Of a DNA stretch of 64,000 bases, positions 11,021-21,600 are shown piece by piece. Made by a program: the position numbers and the translations under genes. Numbering within the stretch: the first letter of the stretch is position 1; every line of letters begins with the position of its first letter. The notes beneath the pieces are model-generated. The model was not told the origin of the DNA, searched no databases, and saw nothing but the letters and a program-made list of their open reading frames with translations. The DNA is taken from positions 930,001-994,000 of the forward strand of contig CBFFRQ010000018.1 in NCBI GenBank assembly GCA_965644315.1, written 5' to 3'. Origin of the DNA: Caecitellus pseudoparvulus. Taxonomy: Eukaryota > Protista > Bigyra: Bicosoecida.

Positions 11021-11680
11021 TCAAGCTTCGTCCTCTCCGCCTTCCCACGTCAGCTCGTAGCCTTTGGGAGGCTTGTACGTCATCAGGCGCTGCACTAGCT
11101 TCTCAGGGTCCGCCTCCACGACCAAGATGTCCTTGAAAGTTGGAGCAATGAATCCAAACTCCACTGCGCGGTCCACTTGGGCCAAGAGGGGGTCGTAGTA
11201 GCCAGCGACGTTGAGCACGCCAACTGGTTTGTTGTGCACCGCCAGCTGTGTCCACGTGATGGCCTCCAGCAGTTCCTCAAAGGTGCCAAAGCCGCCCGGA
11301 AGGGCGATAAAGGCAGAAGACAGCTTGGCCATAAGTGCCTTGCGTTCGTGCATGGTGTCAGTCACCGTCAAGTGCTGAGGCTGGGCGCCCAGCGTGACCA
11401 ACTCAAAGTTGTGCAGAGCCTTGGGGATGACGCCACGCACCACCCCCCCAGCCTCGTCAACACCGGAAGAAACCACGCCCATCAAGCCGACGTTCCCTCC
11501 TCCATACACCAGCTCCGCGCCTTCCTGCACCAATGCCTTAGCCAAGCGGGCGGTAGCATCCACAACTTCCTGACCGTGGGGGCCAGTGGGCAGAGAGCTG
11601 CCGCAAAAGACGGCAACCCGTTTCGCATCAGGTGCCAGCGGCACAGGCGACGCCTGCTCTGCAGAAGCTACAGGAGCCAT
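11021..11680 (-). CDS. LOG: LOG family nucleoside 5'-monophosphate phosphoribohydrolase (cytokinin-activating type)
   Basis: VAVFCGSS, LVYGGGNVGLMG, TMHERKALM, FIALPGGFGTFEELLE, HNKPVGVLNVAGYYDPLL; ATG at 11680. Confidence 0.93.
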   Translation of the reverse strand: MAPVASAEQASPVPLAPDAKRVAVFCGSSLPTGPHGQEVVDATARLAKALVQEGAELVYGGGNVGLMGVVSSGVDEAGGVVRGVIPKALHNFELVTLGAQPQHLTVTDTMHERKALMAKLSSAFIALPGGFGTFEELLEAITWTQLAVHNKPVGVLNVAGYYDPLLAQVDRAVEFGFIAPTFKDILVVEADPEKLVQRLMTYKPPKGYELTWEGGEDEA

Positions 11681-12189
11681 GTGCCAGGCACTCACTGCCG
11701 CGCCAGCGGCCAACCCTGAAGCGTTCAGGCAGGCAGCGAGGGAGTGTGCGGAAATCACTTAGCCTTGCTGCGCGAACGACGGGGGCTTCACGCACACGTT
11801 GAGGCACTGGCTGCCCGAACAACCCTGGAAGCAAAGACTGAAGCCATGTTCGTGGTGCTGCAAGGTACTTGCCGTGAACACTTCTGCGTGGGCGTGTCAG
11901 CGAGGCTCTCAGACAGCGTGTTGGAGCTGGTGCTCTGCTGCAGCTGCCGATCTGGCCACAGTCCGCGGCACACATGGAATGGGGGGTGTAGCGGAGAGAA
12001 GTTTTTCGGTTGTGGAAGTGGTGTTGGGGTGGATGCATAGCCATCTCCCCTGCGGCGTGCGTTCGTCTCACCGGCGTGTCAACTGTGCAGCCAGTGCCGC
12101 GACCTACCCAATTTTCTCACACAAACATCAACATCAGCTCCTGTTCGCACACGCCCTGTTGCATCTGCCCAACCAACACAGCATCAACC

Positions 12190-13075
12190 ATGCGAGTTCT
12201 CTCTGTTGCTCTGGCTTTCGCTGCCATCGCCATGGTGGGTGTGCTTGCCACGCACCACACGCCAACTGCACTGCACTTGATTCCTCCTCGCACTGCTCTC
12301 AGGCCATGGCCAACCCCATCGAGGCTGTTGCCAAGAACGTCGAGGGGCCCACTGCCGTCACCGCCCTGCGTGGCCGACGCATGACTGCCGCTTCTTGCGG
12401 CGGCTCTGGTGTGAGTTTGCCGCTTGTTTCTGTGCGCCACACCAGCACGCGGAATGCGCGCTGCCTGATCCCGTTCCCGCGGCCCCGCGGCCCCCTGCCC
12501 CTCACCTTGCCGGAGTAAGACCAGGCACATGGGGTTTTGCTCTTGGGTGCTCTGGTTGCCCTGCTGTGCCTTGCACTCTTGCGCTCAAGCTGAAGATGCT
12601 GCCCAGCTGCACTGCACTTGCCGGCGCGAACTGCCTCGCAGGACCTCGCCACCAACGTCAAAGTGACCATGTCCCCTGCTACCCCCAAGCCTGGTGACAG
12701 CTACACCCTGACCCTGGAGTTCGACCTGCCTTCGGAGGTGCGTGGCGCCACACGCTGAGCAAGCTGCCACGCCCACGCAGGGTGGTCAACCACCACTCAC
12801 TCCACACCCCCCCCCCCTTCTCGTTGGCCCAGGTCACTGATGGCTCTGTGAAGTACGCTGCTAGCCTGAACGGCCTGCCCGTCTACTCTGACTCCGCCAA
12901 CCTGTGCACCGACCTGAGCAACTCCGGCAACTCCTGCCCCCTGAAGGCTGGCCACAACGTCATCTCCTCCTCCGGCAAGATGTTCGACGTGTCCGGCAAG
13001 GTCAAGAGCACTGCCAACTGGTACAACTCTGCTGGAGCCTCCATCCTCTGCTGGGGCTTCGTTGCCAACTTGTAA
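12190..13075 (+). CDS. Secreted ML (MD-2/NPC2-like lipid-recognition) domain protein 1, 4 exons (12190-12234, 12303-12410, 12642-12737, 12833-13075)
   Basis: Spliced product: signal peptide MRVLSVALAFAAIAMAMA, then ..SCGGSGDLATNVKVTMSPATPKPGDSYTLTLEFDLPSEVTDGSVKYAASLNGLPVYSDSANLCTDL..SCPLKAGH..ILCW, with ML-type Cys spacing and the CPLKAG motif. Confidence 0.82.
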
Positions 13076-13387
13076 AGGCCGTGCGCTCTCCGAATGCCCC
13101 ACCAGCACCCGGTGAGGAGCAGGGCAGACTTCTAGGCTTTCAGTGTCTATTGACTCGCCCCCTCGCTTGCCGGCCAATGCATGCCAACTCTATAGCTGAG
13201 CAGGGCACTGTTCCATTTGTTGTGCAGGGTTTTGTCGCTGGGGGTACGGCACGCTGCATTCAGTCTGGGTCTGAACGCAACTCCTGAACCTCCTCGCTGT
13301 CATCCAGCGCGAGCAAAAACAACCGCTCGCTAGATCCCCTCCCACCCTTCCGCTGTTGTCAACACACTCACTTGGAGACAACACACG

Positions 13388-15460
13388 ATGAAGTTGGTTG
13401 CTTCCCTGCTCGTGGCGGCAGCTGCCGCCACAGTGGCCAAGGCTGGCTTGGGCGGCGGCTTCAAGCGCTCTCCCAACCGCGGCCCAGAGCTCATCACCTC
13501 CCCACGCCCCCACGAGTACCTTGACCTGGGATCCCTCCCAGTCAACCACGACTGGCGAAACAGTGCGTGTCGCCCTGGCACGGCTCTGCGGTAACTTGCC
13601 GTCCAAGTGCACTGCACTTGTGCGCTGGCGCACTGCACTTCAAGCTGCTCCTCTTCGCGTGCAGTCTCTGGCAAGAACTACGTCAGCAGGGCCCACAACC
13701 AGCACATCCCTAACTACTGTGCGTGCCCTCGAGGCCCGCTGTGGCCTCTGGCCGCCCTCATTCTGACACTTCCATGGTCCCGCAGGCGGATCTTGCTGGG
13801 CGTTTTCCACCGCTGCCACGTTGTCCGACCGCCTCGCCATCATGCGCCAGGATGACTGGCCTCAGATCAACATTGGCGTGCAAACCTTGTTGGAGTGTGA
13901 CATGGTGGACGACGGGTGCCACGGCGGAGATTACTACAGCGCCCTGGGTACGGCACAGGCGAAGCGCCCTGGTCCGTTCGCCTGGTACGCACGTCGTTGC
14001 CCCGCTTGCCGTCTGCAGAGTTCTTCCATAACAACAACGCAACAGACGAGACGTGCAACAGCTACCAGGCCAAGGGCCACGATGTGGGCCTGCAGTGCTC
14101 AGCGGAGTCCTACTGCTACACATGCGCACCTGGCGAGGGCTGCTCCGCCATTGCCCCCGAGTCTTACTGGTCTGTAGGCGTGTCTGAGTACGGCAACTTG
14201 AAGGGAGACGCACAGATCAAGGCCGAGATCTTCGCCCGTGGGCCCGTCTCTTGCGGCATCGCTGTGACGCCGGCGTTCGAGGCCTACACTGGCGGCATTT
14301 TCCACGACACCACCGGCCGCAAGACCGCTGCTGACATCGACCACGCCATCAACATCGTCGGGTGGGGGCAGGACCCTTCGACTGGCGAGGATTACTGGAT
14401 CATGAAGAACAGCTGGGGCACACCATGGGGCGAGCGTGGCTATGCCCGTGTGACCACCAACCGCACGGAGAACATGTGCCTGGACTGCGACTGCGTCTTC
14501 GGCGTGCCCACCCCCCCCAAGGCGCCCACGGCTGCTGTGCCCGCCACTGTGGACGGCAAGGCCATCAAGTTCCACGCCAAGACTGCCGGCACCTACCACC
14601 GTGTTCCCAAGAACTCCTGGAAGGGCGGGCAGGTCATCACTGCGCCCCTCCCTGCTGACACAGTGCCCACCTCCAGCTTGCCTGCCAACTGGGACTGGCG
14701 CCAGCAGGGCAAGGTGCTGCTGGCCTCTGCCGACAAGAACCAGCACATCCCCCAGTACTGCGGCAGCTGCTGGTCCCAGGGCACCACCTCCGCGCTCTCC
14801 GACCGCCTGGCCATCGCGACGGACGGCCAGTGGCCCGCTGTGAACTTGGCTCCCCAGGTCGTTATCAACTTCGGTGGCTGCGGTAACTGCCAGGGTGGTG
14901 AGCCTTCCTGTGTGTACCAGTTCGTGCACGACCACGGCGTGCCCGACCAGACCTGCCAGCAGTACATGGCCGAGAACGGGCAGTACGATGCGATGGGCAT
15001 CTGCGAGACGTGCCACCCCACCCAGGCCCACTTCTGGCCTGGCCAGTGCGATGCCGTGAAGAACTTCACGTCTTGGTATGTGGGCGACTTCGGCTCCGTC
15101 AGCGGCGTTGAGGCCATGCAGAAGGAGATCTACGCTCGTGGCCCCATCTCTTGCGGCGTGCAGGTGACGCCTGAGTTCGAGACCTTCACGGGTGACGGCA
15201 TCTTCAACCAGCCCGTGGCCAACCCCCAGATCGACCACGAGATCTCCATTGCCGGGTGGGGTACGGACCCCTCCTCGGGTGTCAAGTACTGGCTCCTGCG
15301 CAACTCCTGGGGCACCAGCTGGGGCTACAAGGGCTGGGCGAAGGTTGCTTTCGGGTCCATTGGTGTTGAGGATGACTGCTCCTGGGGCGTGCCCCAGACA
15401 TACCCCAACTCCAACACGGGGTCCACCTCCTCCACCAGCTACTACAAGAACAGCGAGTAA
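13388..15460 (+). CDS. CTSZ: Tandem two-domain cathepsin Z/X-like cysteine peptidase (C1A), 4 exons (13388-13562, 13665-13718, 13786-13947, 14019-15460)
   Basis: Signal peptide; domain 1 NQHIPNYCGSCWAF..IDHAINIVGWG..MKNSWG; domain 2 NQHIPQYCGSCWSQ..IDHEISIAGWG..LRNSWG. The HIP insertion is diagnostic of cathepsin X. Confidence 0.93.
13604..13640 (+). promoter_or_regulatory. Intronic TGCACTGCACTT element, two copies, cathepsin Z intron 1
   Basis: Copies at 13608-13619 and 13630-13640 (11-mer); the same 12-mer is at 12267, 12608, 47973(-), 61376 and 31443(-), each 22-32 nt before an AG acceptor. Confidence 0.45.
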
Positions 15461-15607
15461 AGTGCCAGGCTGCCCAGCCTGGCTGGAGAGTCGCAGCTCC
15501 AGTCCTGCAGCACAGCGCAGCATTGCTGTGCCCAATGCACTTTTCACGCCACAAGCGATGCACATGCTGCGAGAACACTTCATTCATACACATCTCACGT
15601 CCGCTGC

Positions 15608-18600
15608 ATGGTGTCAGTCAGGGCGCCAGGCTGGCCCGCCGCGTCGCTCGTCATGGGTGGGCGGAAGGGATTCCGCTGCTGCCATGCCGCGGCCCCGCTC
15701 CTCCTCGTGCTGGCCCTGTGGTGGCCTTGCCGGCTAGCCGGGGAGCCCCCCTTCTCCGAGGTCGGATTGAGATTCCTGTCCTACTCTGCTGTGCCTCATG
15801 GGGCGCGCTGCCACACTGCACAGCTGCCTGCAGCGTTCGCAGTTGGAAGTGGCGTTTCACCACCGGGTGATCCGTCAGGCAACCAACTTGAAACGCACAT
15901 TGAGGCTGCATCTGCGCAGTTGTGCCTTCAAGACGAGTACCTGCGCTTAGACACCGCCCTGAACTTTTCAGGGCACCTTCCGCCTGGCCCGCAGCCCTTT
16001 GTCGAGTACTCCGCTTCACTGCTTTTAGCCGCGTACGTCGAGGTTTCCGCGCTCCAGTTGTCCCACGCAAACTCGTCCATGCGGACGGTGTGGAGCTCGC
16101 AGTTCATTGAGCTCCCCGCATGGGGCGACCTCTCGGAGGTGAATGTGACGCTGCATGCCCCCGCGAATCTTGTGATGCTCGCTGTCGCACGCTGGACTGC
16201 GGGCACCTTCGAGCCCATCATCGCATGTCGAGGTATCCTCGTGCGAAGGAGGCGGGGCTGGCAAAGACTGCACGCCCCAGACCTGTGTGCCAGTGGGGCA
16301 CTGGTGGGACATCCAATCAGCAGCTCCCATGACCTGCAGCCAGGTGTCAACGTGTCGTACCCTGACGAGCACCACCCAGCTGCCTGGCCTTCCGCTGGCT
16401 CGGCGCTTGTCCGAGGCGTCTTGCACATACCATTGCAGGAGGTCTTCATCCCGTGGCAGGAGGCTGCACGATCGCAACCTGCCATTGAAGATGCTCACGC
16501 AGCTCCGACCCCTCAGCTGCAGGTTGGAGCGGTGCGCCTCGTGAGCGTGGGGCGGACCACAGGTACTTACGAGCCCCCGCGCATCGCTGCGGCGCTGGCA
16601 AATTCGACCTGGTTCCATGTACCAGGCCCCCATGCGTCGCAATTTCAACAGACAGAGCCTTCTTTTGTACCCATGCGACCTGTCTCGCTGGGAGTCATCT
16701 CAGTGAGCGCTTCTGACCAGCACACCTGCGCAATATTCGTGGGAGGTCGCATGAAGTGCTGGGGCAGCAACTTGGATCGGGCCCTGTTTGAAATCGGCGA
16801 GGGCAAGCTAGGGTACGCAAACGTCACCTCCCTTGGTGAGGGTGAGCCCCTTTCAGAGGTTCCCTTTATGCGCTGGGGCGCGCGCGTAGCACACGTCGCA
16901 GCCGGGCCAGTGCACACATGTGCAGCGCTGGAAACTGGGGCATTGCACTGCTGGGGGGAAGGCAGCCTGGGAGCCCTAGGCAATGGGGGCTTCACCAACG
17001 TGGGCTTTGCCCAAGATGCCTGGAGTCAACCTCCAGTGCCTGTCGGGGGGCACACGATCGCGGCAGCTTGTGGTCAAGCTCACACATGCGCGCTTGATGA
17101 CCAAGGGGACGTGCGGTGCTGGGGCTCGTTTGTGGCGAGTAAACGAAATGGTATCATTCACTTTTACTTGGGTGTCCTCGGCCAACCAGGTGTGTCTCAA
17201 CTTCCAGATGCCGCGCAGGCACAGCCACTGGATCTGCCAGCACCGGCCGTTGCCATCAGCGCTGGCCTTCGCTACACTTGTGCCCTTCATGAGGAGGGCG
17301 AGGTGACCTGCTGGGGAGACGGGGGTGCTGATGACCTCCTTAGTGGCGGGGCGGGTCAACTGGGGTACGGCCACACAGACCAAGTTGGCTTTGTGCAAGC
17401 CCCTAGTCAAGCTGGGTTCGTGCCAGTGGGAGCACCTGCGAGAGCTCTGAGTGCTGGGGCCTGGCACGTTTGTGCAGTCCTGGACAGCGGGCATGTCAGG
17501 TGCTGGGGTGCCAATGGCTTTATTTCCTCCGTTGAAGCAGGGGGTGTGCCGCTCACCTTTCATTCACGTGGGCGATTGGGCACCGGGGACGACCAGAGCT
17601 ACGGCGATGATGAGCCTGCATCTGCAGCGCCGCTGGTTGACTTACCGGAGCCAGCAGTGGATGTCTGCGCAGGCTTTGCTAGTAGTTGTGCCTTGTTGGT
17701 ATCGGGGCACGTCATTTGCTGGGGTGGGAATACTCTGAGCGAAGCTGGCGGCATGCCTGTCTTCGTCACGGCGACTGGCACGCAGTACATTCGGTCGGTG
17801 GGCTCGACTCGTTCCGCAAGCCTGCAAGGACCAGTTTCGCTGCCCGGAAACGGGCAGGCAACTGCACTGGCCTGTGGGTGGTTGCATTCGGTCGTCGTTC
17901 TTGTCTCCGGAGAGATGCAGCAGATGGGGACCCGTGACGCTGGCTTGCCGGGGCTGGGGCGTCTGGCTCGCGATCACTACGGAGAGTTCGAGCCCATTCG
18001 CTTCGCAGGTGTGATTCCTGCAGGTTACGGAACTGGCAAGCCTGCTGAGCCCATCCGCTCGCTGCGCCTCAAGCCTGCGCGGCACGGGGAGGCAACACAT
18101 GTCAGCGTGTCTCACAAGCACGTGTGTATCGTGACCTCATGGGGAGGCGTCAAGTGCTGGGGTGACAACAGCCATCTGGCGTTGGGGCGAGGAAGCGAGG
18201 GTGGGCCCCACTTCTCGTTTGAGGGCTCGGTGGGTGACGATGAGTTTGCATTCTACCAGATGGGCGTGTATACCCTCGGCAGGGCGCGGAGCGTCCACAC
18301 CACAACTGGCTTCTCTTGTGTTTTACACGAGCAAGGGACGTTTGAGTGCTGGGGATCGAACGAGTTTCAACAGCTTGGATACAGATACGAGACAGACACC
18401 ACTTCGATGCTGCCTTCAGCTGTGTCAAAGCACCGCTTCGTCAACTTTCCCCCGCTCACGTACGTTGCATGTGGCTACCACACCACGTGCGTCATCACAG
18501 AGGCAGGTCGCTTGGCCTGCTTCGGGCTTAACCACTACGGGGAGGCAGGCCATGCTCGCAGCACCACCCCTGACGGGGTCGCGTACCCGCAAACCTTGCA

Positions 18601-21600
18601 CGCAAGGTTGCAGAATGGCTCAGACGCCTACGTCGATCTGCTTGCGCCCGTTTCACGCGTATCCATTGGGGGGGGTCACACTTGCGCCGTGTTGGTGGAC
18701 GGGAGAGTGCAGTGCTTTGGACGCAATGAGTGGGGCCAACGTGGCCTTCTTTTTGCGGTGAATAACGTCCCACCCACAATTGGGCTTACTGAAGCTCAGC
18801 GATTTACGAACCCGGGGGGGGATTCAGCCATGGGATGGACCGAAGTGCCAAATGACTTCGGCGCAGTGAAGCTGCCGAATGGCACCTTCGTCATTGACAT
18901 CTCTTGTGGAGCAGGGCATACGTGTGCGCTGACTTCTACAGGGGAAGTGGTGTGCTGGGGCAAGGGTGGCGTTGGACTTGGCATCGCACGCTCTGGGTGG
19001 CTGGGCTACGGGAATCCTGATTCTGTGGGAGACAGCCCAGAACGGCCCATTAATCAAACTGTTCAGCTGAGCGGCAGGGCAGTGGGCATCAGCGCAGGGA
19101 TTTTCCACACATGTGCTGTTCTGCACACTGGGCAGGTGCAATGCTGGGGAGAGGGTGTGCGTGGTGAGCTTGGCCTTGGCAACGTGAAGAGCGTCGGGGA
19201 CGACGAGACCCCTGCTCAAGCTGGAGTGGCGCAGTTTCCCCGAACTGTTCTGCAGGTTGCTGCCGGTCGGTCAAGCACGTGCGTCTTGCTGAAAGGCGGC
19301 TACGTCCACTGCATCGGTTTGTCTGAACAAGGCCAGGGCGGCATTGGCAACGACGTGAGCGTGAGTACGGGGGACCTGCCGCGCTTCATGCGCACCCCAC
19401 GTCCCATGGCGCTGGACTTGTCGGCCAATCTACTTCTTGGGCCCGTCTCGCCCATCGTTCGTGTCGTTGGCTCCAAGGTTGCCTGGCGATCAATCATTCA
19501 AGTGGTGGCTTGTCCTGCCTGTGCGGCGAACGAACTGCTATCCCTCCCGCGCTGGTTGATCCTTGCCATGAAGGGTGGGCAAGAGGTGGACTTGCCACTC
19601 CCTGAAGCCGCTGCGGGAGGCCCTTGTAGGCAGCTGCCTACTAGTGCCAATGAGCCAGATGGCTCCTCCCTGCTGGGCGAGCACACAAGGATTTGCCGTG
19701 TGTACACAAAATGCTTAGAGCCGCAGGATGTGACGGTGGCTGGCAGCAGCAATCCTTTCCTGAGAACATGCCAGTGGCCTGAAGCTTGGCTAATGGCAGA
19801 TTTGCTGCGAATCTCGAAGGTCACATCCGGGGGGACTTCTCAGCAGCTTTCTTCGTTGCCTTCGCGGGGGGGGGTGTCCGTATCCCTCCACGGCGCCTTT
19901 TGGCCGATTCTTGCGCTCGACGGAGAAAGTTCCACTGTATCCCGCAGCTGGGTAGCCATTGGCAACTCGACTTGTGCTGAGCTGAGGCTCATGTCCACAA
20001 ACCGGCTGTTTTGCATTGCACCTGCACTTCCAGCGGCAAACGTCTCTGGCGGCCTTGACCTCTTCCTGCACCACAGCATCGTGGATGTCCCCTCTCCTGT
20101 CATCTCCGCGCCCGCTGCCCGCGTATACTACAGCCAGCCCACATTGTCGAGGATCGACGTCGTAGGCGAGTCTTCGCTGGCTCCCATCACGGCACCAGCG
20201 ACCATCATCGTGCGTGGAAACCACCTCGGGCGAGCCCAGGAATCTGCGGAAGGTGCAGGGTCATGGACGCTGCCTCCCGCTGCCTTGCAAGTGCGCGTGT
20301 ACAGCTCAGAGTCAGGCGAGGCGGCGTTCCTATACAACTGCCCAGTATTCCATGCCAGTAGCTTTGACACGGAGATCATGTGTGAGCTGCCGGGTGGTAT
20401 GGAGGGCATGCTGTGGATTGGTGTGGAGGTTGCAGGGCAGGTGGCACCTCAGCGTGTGCTCGTCTGCCGTCAAGCCCCCAGGGTACAGGGTGTTTTCCCG
20501 ACATACCTGCTCCCAGCTCCTACAGCTTTTGCTCCCGGGCAGCGCACAGCCAACGTCACGGTTTTCGGATCAGGATTTCTACCGCCTGGCACTCCATTGG
20601 CGCCGTCGGACTTTTCAGTCAGTATTGCTGGTGCCCTGTGCCCCCTGGTGCTGCCCGACAACTCCAGCATGATCCATTGTGTCGGCTTGCCTTTGGACGC
20701 CATTTCTCCTCTTACCGCGAGGCAAGACGCTGTGCAGGTGTTCGTCCTTGGGCGCAAAGCGGAAGTGGACGGCACCGTGCAGCTGGATGTCTTGCAGCCG
20801 CGAATCAACACCGTGGAGCCAACAAGCCTTGCTGCAGGAGGCAATCAGACCCTGAGGATTTTCGGAGAGCTTGGGCGGGCCCCAGACGACATTGTGTCTG
20901 CCAGCGTTGGCAACGCAACATGCAGCCTGGCGCCTCATGAGCCCCCCGCTGCGGGAGCGCTCACGGTGCACTGCTTCACCCCACCTGCACACCTGGCGTG
21001 TGGGAGTGCTGCTGCCTGTAGACAGCAGCGCCAAAATGTTTCAGTGCAGCTCCGCACCGGTCTCACTTTGCAGGCACCCCCAGGCTCCAATGCCCTGTAC
21101 CTCTTGCCTGAAGTTCTGTCCGTGTCACTGTTCAGCAGTGACGGTAGTGCAGTTGAAAGCATGATGTTGGGCATGCCAAACGTGTCCATGACGTACACTC
21201 TGCAAGTTAGAGGTACTGGTCTGGGCAATCTCGAGCAGCCCGAACTGACCACTTTGCTGATCCTCGGCGAACCCTGTACCATTCTGGGTGGCATACAGAC
21301 ACTTGCCTCCAGTGGGGAGTTGTCGTGCGTTGGCTTTGACACTCAAGGCTTGCAACTGATAGATGGTGTATCGCCACTGGAAGTGCGCTCTGCAGGGTAC
21401 GTGGATCAAAGCAGTCGCCTGCAAATCATGGGCCACCCTGCGATCACGCGGGTGTCACCCAGCCTAGCGGCCCCCGGAACGCAAGTCACCATCTTGGGCG
21501 AGCACTTGGGCGTGCGTGCATCTGACGTAGACAGTGTCCGCGTGGGCTCTGTGCCAGTGACTTGGGCCTGGGAGAGCGCGAGCAGCATCTCCTTCAACTT

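Noticed and set aside
6132-11680. SNF2 helicase-HNH next to a LOG/SLOG protein, resembling a prokaryotic defence island
   Set aside because: The helicase has the standard eukaryotic ZRANB3 architecture, the genes are convergent, and the context is intron-containing housekeeping genes.
12807-12817. Poly-C/G runs (also near 31014 and 55583)
   Set aside because: Short homopolymers in introns, intergenic DNA or Gly codons; no repeat array structure.
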